Source: an uncultured bacterium (GTDB taxonomy: Bacteria; Cyanobacteriota; Vampirovibrionia; Gastranaerophilales; Gastranaerophilaceae). From it: a stretch of 64,000 bases of DNA. The notes under the pieces are model-generated. The model was not told where the DNA came from, searched no databases, and saw only the letters and a program-made list of their open reading frames with translations. The position numbers and the translations under genes are program-made. The stretch lies in the NCBI GenBank assembly GCA_949284415.1, contig CASDVM010000027.1:28016-92015 (forward strand), given 5' to 3'. Below, in pieces: positions 57,272 to 64,000 of this stretch (within the stretch, counting starts at the first letter, position 1; each line of letters starts with the position of its first letter).

Positions 57272-58590
57272 TAATTAATTCTAATATTGTCGGAATAATT
57301 GCCGATGATTTGACGGGGGCAAATGATACGGCATTACAGTTTCATTTGAAGGGTGCTAATACTCAGATTTTGCTGTCTGATGAGATAGAGCCTTTAAATG
57401 TTAAAAATACCCAAACCTGGGCGATTTCAACAGAATCAAGAAATGTTGAGCCTGAAATTGCTTATGAAAAAGTTTTAAAATCGACTAAAATGTTTGTAGA
57501 TAAACTTAACCCCGATTATTTTTACAAAAAAATAGATTCAACGCTGAGAGGCAATATTGCTGTAGAAGTTCTGGGTATTTTATCTGTTTTGGAATATGAT
57601 GCCGCAATTGTTGTTCCTGCATTTCCCGCGGAGATCAGAACAACGGTAGGCGGTTATCATCTTTTAAAAGGGGTGCCCATAGAAAGAACAGAAATGGCAA
57701 GAGATCCGTATTCTCCTATTTTTGAATCTCATATTCCGACATTATTAAAATCTCAGGTGCTTCCGCAGTATCAAGACCTTATTGGCAGTCTGGAGCTTAA
57801 GACAATCATGAAGGGTGCAGGTCCTATTTTGCAAAAAATTAATGAACTTGTAAGAGAGGGGAAAAAACTTATTGTTGCGGATGCTGTATCTACAGTTGAT
57901 ATTGAACAAATTGCATTAGCAATAAAGAAGTCCGAAAATAAAATTTTGCCTGCAGGAACTGCTGCTTTCGCACAGGCCCTCGGTGAATACTGGTTTGCGG
58001 ATCTGGATGCGGAACATATAATTAAGACATTTCCACGCCTTCCGAAACTTATTGTGTCAGGAAGTGCTACACAAATTACTGCCAATCAGATTGAAAAACT
58101 GGAAAACAGTGATGAATTTGATGATGTTTTGACAATAAGTCTCGATTTAAAAACAGTTCTTGACGGTGTAAAAGATGAACTTGTTGAACGTATTGTGTCA
58201 AATCTCAGATTTGAAAATACTGTAGTTGTACACACTTCAAAACTTATAAAAGAGTTTGACGGATTCTCTGAAGATTCATTGAATGCAGAATTAACTAAAG
58301 CTAATCTTGCCTGTGTTATAACAGATTTTCTTGCGGAATTAACAAGACGGGTGTTAGCCCGCAAAGAAGCTATTTTAATAACTCTCGGCGGTGAAACATC
58401 TTATAAATGCTGCAGTGCAATAGGTGCTTATCAGCTTCAGCTTATTGATGAAGTTGCTCCTGCTATTGCTCTGACGCTTGATCATAATGCTCAGTGGATT
58501 GTTACAAAATCGGGAAATCTTGGTAACGCCAATACTTTGATTGATATTTTAAAGTATTTTGAAACTCACGGCGGTTTGCAAAATGAATAA
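57268..58590 (+). CDS. Four-carbon acid sugar kinase family protein (DUF1537, OtnK/DtnK-like)
   Basis: N-terminal IIADDLTGANDTALQF motif. The ATGA overlap with the ssb stop and the pairing with a PdxA-family gene are typical. Confidence 0.8.
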   Translation: MIINSNIVGIIADDLTGANDTALQFHLKGANTQILLSDEIEPLNVKNTQTWAISTESRNVEPEIAYEKVLKSTKMFVDKLNPDYFYKKIDSTLRGNIAVEVLGILSVLEYDAAIVVPAFPAEIRTTVGGYHLLKGVPIERTEMARDPYSPIFESHIPTLLKSQVLPQYQDLIGSLELKTIMKGAGPILQKINELVREGKKLIVADAVSTVDIEQIALAIKKSENKILPAGTAAFAQALGEYWFADLDAEHIIKTFPRLPKLIVSGSATQITANQIEKLENSDEFDDVLTISLDLKTVLDGVKDELVERIVSNLRFENTVVVHTSKLIKEFDGFSEDSLNAELTKANLACVITDFLAELTRRVLARKEAILITLGGETSYKCCSAIGAYQLQLIDEVAPAIALTLDHNAQWIVTKSGNLGNANTLIDILKYFETHGGLQNE

Positions 58591-59509
58591 AATTGCTATT
58601 ACAACAGGAGATCCAAACGGTATAGGTGCAGAAATTACGATTAAAGCTCTAAAGAAGCTTGACTTACCGCCTGCAAGTATTGTTTTAATTTCTAACAAAA
58701 GGATTTTAGATTTTTACGGTAAGAGAAGTCATTCTGAACTTGTTTCAGGATCTGATACTTTAATTGCCAATAAATATCGGATTATCGAAATTCCGTATGA
58801 TGCGGATATTGAACCGGGCAAAGTTACAAAAGAAGCCGGAGAATTTTCTTTTCAATCCGTTAAAAAAGCTTGTGAAATAAATGCAAAAGCGATAGTTACT
58901 GCTCCTGTTGCCAAAAATGCTTTATATCTTGCAGGACATAATTTTAACGGTCAGACTGAAATTTTGCAAAAATATCTTGCTCATGACAATCAAATGGCAG
59001 AAATGCTTTTTGTTGCGGGAAATTTTAGAGTTCTTCTTTTGACACGCCATACCGCATTAAAAGATATTGTTCTTACAAAAGAAATGGTTGTTGAAAAAAT
59101 TCTTAATTTAAAAGAATTTTTTGTAAAACATTTAAAAATTACAGATCCGAAATTCGCACTGTGCGGCTTTAATCCTCATGCGGGCGAGGATGGAATTCTG
59201 GGACGGGAGGAAATAGATATTTTAATTCCTGCTGTTGAAGAACTGCGTTCAAGAGGTGTTAATATTACAAATCCGCTTCCTGCCGATACATTGTTTATAA
59301 AGGCTTTGGATTATGACTGTTGTATCGCAAATTATCATGATCAAGGATTAATACCTATAAAGACCATTGCAGGTGATAAGACCGTTAATATGACAATAGG
59401 ACTTGATATTATAAGAACATCGCCCGGGCATGGAACGGCTTTTGATATCGCGGGGAAAAACATTGCCGATGAAACGGGCATGATAGAGGCTATAAAAACG
59501 GTTTTGTAA
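58583..59509 (+). CDS. pdxA: PdxA-family NAD-dependent dehydrogenase (4-hydroxythreonine-4-phosphate dehydrogenase family)
   Basis: IAITTGDPNGIGAEI, NPHAGE and SPGHGTAFDIAG motifs. The ATG at 58583 overlaps the kinase stop. Confidence 0.88.
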   Translation: MNKIAITTGDPNGIGAEITIKALKKLDLPPASIVLISNKRILDFYGKRSHSELVSGSDTLIANKYRIIEIPYDADIEPGKVTKEAGEFSFQSVKKACEINAKAIVTAPVAKNALYLAGHNFNGQTEILQKYLAHDNQMAEMLFVAGNFRVLLLTRHTALKDIVLTKEMVVEKILNLKEFFVKHLKITDPKFALCGFNPHAGEDGILGREEIDILIPAVEELRSRGVNITNPLPADTLFIKALDYDCCIANYHDQGLIPIKTIAGDKTVNMTIGLDIIRTSPGHGTAFDIAGKNIADETGMIEAIKTVL

Positions 59510-59575
59510 ATTAACTTTAATTATTAGTGCAATTTTTATTGTTTTGTGATTTAATCCTTTTGGAGGTATGAAAAA

Positions 59576-59932
59576 ATGAATAGAGTAGGGCCTGTTATTA
59601 TTACAATGGCAATGCTTGCTGCAGGTTACAGTGCATATCAAGGCAAATCTAAGGTTTCTGATCTTAAGGAGAAAGTTTTAAATATTGATTCAACGCGTTA
59701 TAAAAATGCTTGTAAAAGATTGGATAAAGAACTTTTAAATAAACCTTCAAGTTTGGAAGATCATACGCATAATTATTCGGTAGAAATAAATTTCTGGCGC
59801 AATGAATATAAAGCTGCCAAGGATTCCATAGAAGCCTTGAAACTTGACGGGTTGGCTAAAAAGGCTTACATCGAAGGTGCTCAACTTGTAAAAGACAGAT
59901 TTAAGGCCGCAGCTAAATTGAGCTGTAAATAG
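59576..59932 (+). CDS. Small membrane-anchored hypothetical protein
   Basis: GGAGG SD and one N-terminal TM helix. Confidence 0.5.
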   Translation: MNRVGPVIITMAMLAAGYSAYQGKSKVSDLKEKVLNIDSTRYKNACKRLDKELLNKPSSLEDHTHNYSVEINFWRNEYKAAKDSIEALKLDGLAKKAYIEGAQLVKDRFKAAAKLSCK

Positions 59933-60003
59933 CATCAGTATTAAAAGCTAATTTGTCCTCGTTCGAGATATTTTTATTTATTTTAACAATATAAATTGAT
60001 TTT

Positions 60004-60272
60004 ATGCAAGAGTCAAAGTTAAAAAAGAACAGAGAAATTTGTAGGCTGCTTGGTACCGTTGTTAAGGAATTGAGCGGGGAAAAGAAAAAATCAATTCTTG
60101 CTTATGAGAGTGATTTGTCCAGAAGTGTATTATACTATATTTTGGACGGGAAAAAGATCCTCAGCTGACTACATTTTGGAGACTTGCATCAGGGCTTGAT
60201 ATGAGACCATCCGAGCTTTTAAAAATTTTGGAAGACAGAATAGAAGGTGGCTGGGATTCTTTTTTTGATTAG
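60004..60272 (+). pseudogene. XRE-family HTH gene broken by a frameshift at an A5 run
   Basis: Frame 1 gives MQESKLKKNREICRLLG...ESDLSRSVLYYILDGKK, then a stop at 60166-60168. The next frame continues DPQLTTFWRLASGLDMRPSELLKILEDR... to 60272. One extra A in GGGAAAAAG would join the two frames. Confidence 0.6.
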
Positions 60273-60277
60273 GATAA

Positions 60278-60328
60278 GCCCCTCTCTCTAACTCTCTCCC
60301 TTTTGGGGAGAGAGTTAGAGAGAGGGGC
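60278..60328. repeat. Perfect 22-bp-stem palindrome of the CCCTCTC...GAGAGGG repeat class
   Basis: GCCCCTCTCTCTAACTCTCTCC-loop-GGAGAGAGTTAGAGAGAGGGGC, followed by a second hairpin AGACCTCT-AAAAAG-AGAGGTCT at 60336-60357. Confidence 0.7.
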
Positions 60329-60468
60329 TGAAAAAAGACCTCTAAAAAGAGAGGTCTTTATAGTATGTTTGTTATAAAACTTCAGTTAAAACAGTGTAGG
60401 GGCGTGTTAAGCGGCACGCTTATCTTTAGTTAAGACTATGTAAGTTTATCCGAAACCTGTATGGTGGG

Positions 60469-61437
60469 TTAAGCGGCACGCTTATCGTTCCAGAAATCAA
60501 CGAGCATTGAACAGAAGAATATACTTGAATATGTTCCGATAGCAATACCGAGTATCATACATAGAACGAAATCTTTTGTTGTTACACCGCCGAAGAAATA
60601 CAACGCAAGAAGTGTTATCAACGTTGTTAATGAAGTATTAATACTTCTGGTCAATGTCTGATTTACCGATGCGTCTACAATTTCTCCGAATGACATTTTC
60701 TTTGAATAATATCTTAAGTTTTCTCTGATTCTGTCAAATACAACGATTGTATCGTGAACGGAGAAACCTATAACCGTCAAAATTGCTGTAATAAATAATC
60801 CGTCAATTTGAACATTGTAAATAAGACCGAGTATTGAAAAGATTCCGCATACAAAGATTACGTCATGCAATACACCTAAAATTGCGGCAAGTGCATAGTC
60901 AAATCTGAACCTGAATGAAAGATATGCAACAATTCCTAAAAACGCAAGTGTTACTGCAAGTAAAGAGTTTTTGAACAATTCTTTACCCATTGTTGGTCCG
61001 ACTGAACTTACCGAGATAAGCTCGGGATTCGTGTAATCTTTTTTTAGCTGTTCCGTAATAACTTCTGTTGTATTTGAATTTTTGTCAATAAATTTTGTTC
61101 TTATTGAAATTATTGAATTAATATTTGATTTTGTTTTTTTCTGCTGGTCGTTATTGACGTTTAAAATTTGTATGTAAGGGTTTTCAATTCCGGCTTTTTC
61201 GAGGCTTTCTCTTGTTTTTGCAACATCGCTGTTTGCAAGTTTTTGTTCAAGCCCGTACTGCAAAATTGTTCCGCCAGTATAGTCAATTCCGACTTTCATC
61301 GGAGCGTGGTTCGGGTAAGTTACGGATGAATAAATCATCGCGATAATACCGGGAACCAGCAGAAGGCAGGTTAAAGCCATCCACCACCATCTGAATTTAA
61401 CTATATGAACTAAATGTTTTCTACCTGTATTTATCAT
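60469..61437 (-). CDS. secF: Protein translocase subunit SecF
   Basis: IDYTGGT N-terminal motif, six TM helices, HDTIVVFDRIREN. Confidence 0.93.
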   Translation of the reverse strand: MINTGRKHLVHIVKFRWWWMALTCLLLVPGIIAMIYSSVTYPNHAPMKVGIDYTGGTILQYGLEQKLANSDVAKTRESLEKAGIENPYIQILNVNNDQQKKTKSNINSIISIRTKFIDKNSNTTEVITEQLKKDYTNPELISVSSVGPTMGKELFKNSLLAVTLAFLGIVAYLSFRFRFDYALAAILGVLHDVIFVCGIFSILGLIYNVQIDGLFITAILTVIGFSVHDTIVVFDRIRENLRYYSKKMSFGEIVDASVNQTLTRSINTSLTTLITLLALYFFGGVTTKDFVLCMILGIAIGTYSSIFFCSMLVDFWNDKRAA

Positions 61438-61479
61438 TTTTTTATCCTCTTTATTAATTTTCGTCAGATTTATTGAGTA

Positions 61480-62787
61480 TTAATCAAGAATACCGAAACG
61501 AGCTTTTTCTCGTTTTGTTTCGGTTGCTTCATAGCTCTGTCCTATTTCATCTTTTCTTAATCCGAACAGTGCAGGGTGTTTAAGCTCGCCTGTACCGAAG
61601 ATTAAGTGCATGAAGTTTTTGGTTACGGTAATTGCACTGAACATAGAAACAATAACACCGATTGCAAGAGTCAGGGCAAAACCTTTAACAACGCTTGTCC
61701 CTAACAGATAAAGAATTGTACATGTGATTATTGTTGTCATGTTTGAGTCAAAAATACTTGTAAATGCTCTGTCAAAACCGGAATTAATTGCCGTAAACAG
61801 ATTTCTGCCTGCTCTTAATTCTTCTTTAGTTCTTTCAAAAATAAGAATATTGGCATCAACAGCCATACCTATTGAAAGAATAAAACCTGCAATACCTGCA
61901 AGAGTTAAAGTTACAGGGATTGTTTTAAACAGTGCAAATAATATTAAACTGTATATTACTAAGGCGATATCAGCAATCAAACCGGGAACGTGATAGAAGA
62001 CTATCATAAACAGCATAACTGCCGAAAGACCTATTATACCTGCTTTTTTTGATTTTTCAATACTGTCTGCACCGAGTGTCGGACCTACAGTATTTTCTTC
62101 AACGATTTTGGCAGGAACAGGTAAAGCACCTGCGTTAAGAAGGTTTACCATTCTTTCGGCTTCTTCATAAGCGAAACCGCTTTCTCCGCCTGAGATCTGG
62201 GCTTTGCCGCCATAAATCGCTTCATTTACACGAGGTGCAGATTGAAGTTCACCGTCAAAGAATATTGCCATCTGCTGACCTACAAGAGCTTTTGTTAAAT
62301 CTGCGAATTTTTTAGCTCCTTCCGAATTAAACTCCAGTGATACAACCCACTGTCCCGTAGTATCGGTGCTTAAGGTTGATTTTGCAAGATCGCGTCCCGT
62401 AATGCCTGTTGAAACCCATACAGGTGAACCGTCTGCAGCTTTCCCTTCTTTTTTGAATTCCAGCTGGGCAGTTTCCCCGATAAAAGCTTTGGCTTCTTTT
62501 AAATCGGTTACGTTTGGAATTTCAATCAGCAGTCTTTTGTCGCCTACCTGTTGAACTACCGTTTCCGCAACACCGAGTTTGTTTACACGCTGTTCAATCG
62601 CAAATTGCAGTCTGTTCATTACGTCAGGTGTAATTTTTGCAATACTGTCTGTTGTTTCGGCTTCAAGAACCAATCTTGACCCGCCGACAAGGTCAAGCCC
62701 GAGTTTTGTCGGTTTAATAAGGATAAGAGCTATTGATACAATAACTATTGCCACAATAAACCAGAACATTAAAATTTTGTTTTTCAT
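61480..62787 (-). CDS. secD: Protein translocase subunit SecD
   Basis: LGLDLVGG, periplasmic domain, C-terminal TM bundle with VDANILIFERTKEE. Confidence 0.93.
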   Translation of the reverse strand: MKNKILMFWFIVAIVIVSIALILIKPTKLGLDLVGGSRLVLEAETTDSIAKITPDVMNRLQFAIEQRVNKLGVAETVVQQVGDKRLLIEIPNVTDLKEAKAFIGETAQLEFKKEGKAADGSPVWVSTGITGRDLAKSTLSTDTTGQWVVSLEFNSEGAKKFADLTKALVGQQMAIFFDGELQSAPRVNEAIYGGKAQISGGESGFAYEEAERMVNLLNAGALPVPAKIVEENTVGPTLGADSIEKSKKAGIIGLSAVMLFMIVFYHVPGLIADIALVIYSLILFALFKTIPVTLTLAGIAGFILSIGMAVDANILIFERTKEELRAGRNLFTAINSGFDRAFTSIFDSNMTTIITCTILYLLGTSVVKGFALTLAIGVIVSMFSAITVTKNFMHLIFGTGELKHPALFGLRKDEIGQSYEATETKREKARFGILD

Positions 62788-62864
62788 TTTTTATCCTCTT
62801 TATTAACTGTTTTTTATTTTTTATTTTACTTGTAATTTTAAATTTTATTTATAGTTCCGTCAGG

Positions 62865-63758
62865 CTAATCGTTATTAACTTCATCTATAACCATAAATAA
62901 ATCTTTTTTTTCTATTTGTGTAAGTTCTACAAGCGGTCGTCTTACAAAATCTTCCATAATTCCTTTATGAGCAAGCGCTGCCTTTACCGGAACAGGATTA
63001 GGCGCCATAAATAATTTTCTGAAAACAGGGTAGAGTTTTTTGTGCATATTAACAGCGGCAAGAAATTCTCCTGTTTTGTAATTTCTAATCATAGATTTTA
63101 TTTCCGAACCGAAAATATGTGATGCAACGGAAATTACACCTCTGGCGCCTAAAGACATCATTGGAAGCGTTAAGCTGTCATCTCCCGAATATACCGAAAA
63201 ATTCTCGGGACAGCATATTTTCATTTCGGTAATCATATCCATATCTGCATAACTTTGTTTAACAGCAACAATATTTTCATATTTTTCTGCAAGTGCGGCA
63301 ACGGTTTCGGGGAGCATATTAACTCCTGTTCTTCCCGGAATATTATAAATAATTACGGGTAAATCAACACTTTCTGCCACTGCTGAAAAATGTTCAATCA
63401 TACCTTTTTGAGATGGTTTGTTATAGTATGGAACAACCGAAAGTATTGCATCAACACCTTCTTTTTGAGCCCATTTTGCAGACAAGACAGCTGTTTCTGT
63501 TGAATTTGAACCTGCATTCATAATAACTTTTGCTTTATTTGCAACGGCTCTTTTTATTGTGCTTAAAAGCTCAAATTCTTCTTCATGTGTTAAAGTCGGA
63601 CCTTCCCCTGTTGTTCCGGCAACAAGAAGGGCATCGCTTCCATGACTAATCAAATATCTGGCAAGTTCTTCGGCTTTGTTATAATCGATTTCTCTTTTTG
63701 AATTAAACGGAGTAACCATAGCTGTTATAACTTCGCCCGCATCGTATCTTAATGCCAT
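62865..63758 (-). CDS. dapA: 4-hydroxy-tetrahydrodipicolinate synthase
   Basis: ITAMVTPF, VAGTTGEGPTLTHEE, YNIPGRTG and the active-site K in VAVKQS. Confidence 0.93.
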   Translation of the reverse strand: MALRYDAGEVITAMVTPFNSKREIDYNKAEELARYLISHGSDALLVAGTTGEGPTLTHEEEFELLSTIKRAVANKAKVIMNAGSNSTETAVLSAKWAQKEGVDAILSVVPYYNKPSQKGMIEHFSAVAESVDLPVIIYNIPGRTGVNMLPETVAALAEKYENIVAVKQSYADMDMITEMKICCPENFSVYSGDDSLTLPMMSLGARGVISVASHIFGSEIKSMIRNYKTGEFLAAVNMHKKLYPVFRKLFMAPNPVPVKAALAHKGIMEDFVRRPLVELTQIEKKDLFMVIDEVNND

Positions 63759-63921
63759 ATAAACCTCTTTCCCTTTTTCAGTCTGTATAACTATCTTTAA
63801 AAATTATAAAACAAACGGTTTGAAAAAACATAAAATATTAAGTTATTTATTGAAATATAAAACAATATATGTTATATTGTTTATATAATAGTTTTTATAA
63901 TAATAAGAGGAGTTTAAAATT

Positions 63922-63972
63922 ATGAAAAGATCAGATTATTCAAGAGTTCGGGGGGGGGGCACTCTCAGTTAG
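63922..63972 (+). other. Leader ORF of a fifth phase-variable locus (E), containing a G10 tract at 63950-63959. The downstream gene lies beyond the window
   Basis: AGGAG at 63908-63912, ATG at 63922, sequence MKRSDYSRVRGGG, stop at 63970-63972. The alternative frame HSQLAEGKKSGSQ matches the in-phase frame of loci A and C. Confidence 0.6.
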
Positions 63973-64000
63973 CTGAGGGCAAGAAGTCAGGAAGTCAAGT

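Overview
This is an AT-rich bacterial chromosomal window made up mostly of housekeeping genes. They include pepA, rny-ymdB, apt, HU, rsgA, efp, accBC, ndk, tgt, mutS, tRNA-Leu, gpsA, murQ, ribH, ccdA, rpoB-rpoC1-rpoC2, thrS, ssb, pdxA, secDF and dapA. The beta-prime subunit is split into rpoC1 and rpoC2, as in Cyanobacteria. With no photosynthesis genes present, this suggests a non-photosynthetic cyanobacterial sister lineage (Melainabacteria/Vampirovibrionia-like); that assignment is inference only.

The striking content is a dispersed family of at least seven type IV pilin-like / pseudopilin-like paralogs, sharing the N-terminal AFTLAEVLITLGIIG motif and a C-terminal DxNG..PN..G.D.F motif. 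Five of these loci begin with their own promoter, a strong Shine-Dalgarno sequence, an ATG and a short leader ORF. Each leader is interrupted by a 9-12 nt G or C homopolymer.

In every case the assembled tract length puts the leader out of frame. A tract length of 11 (or 8 or 14) would fuse the leader to a stop-free frame that runs into the pilin gene. This looks like a multi-locus slipped-strand phase-variation system with unusually long translated leaders. Two further paralogs are instead paired with divergent XRE regulators.

The window also carries several dispersed palindromic repeat families, one MITE-like element with 27-bp inverted termini, a tandem FkbM methyltransferase pair and two apparent pseudogenes. 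No CRISPR array, transposase, integrase or prophage genes were seen.

All functions were assigned by reading motifs in the translations; no database search was run. Homopolymer lengths are error-prone in assemblies, so the exact ON/OFF state of each locus needs read-level confirmation.
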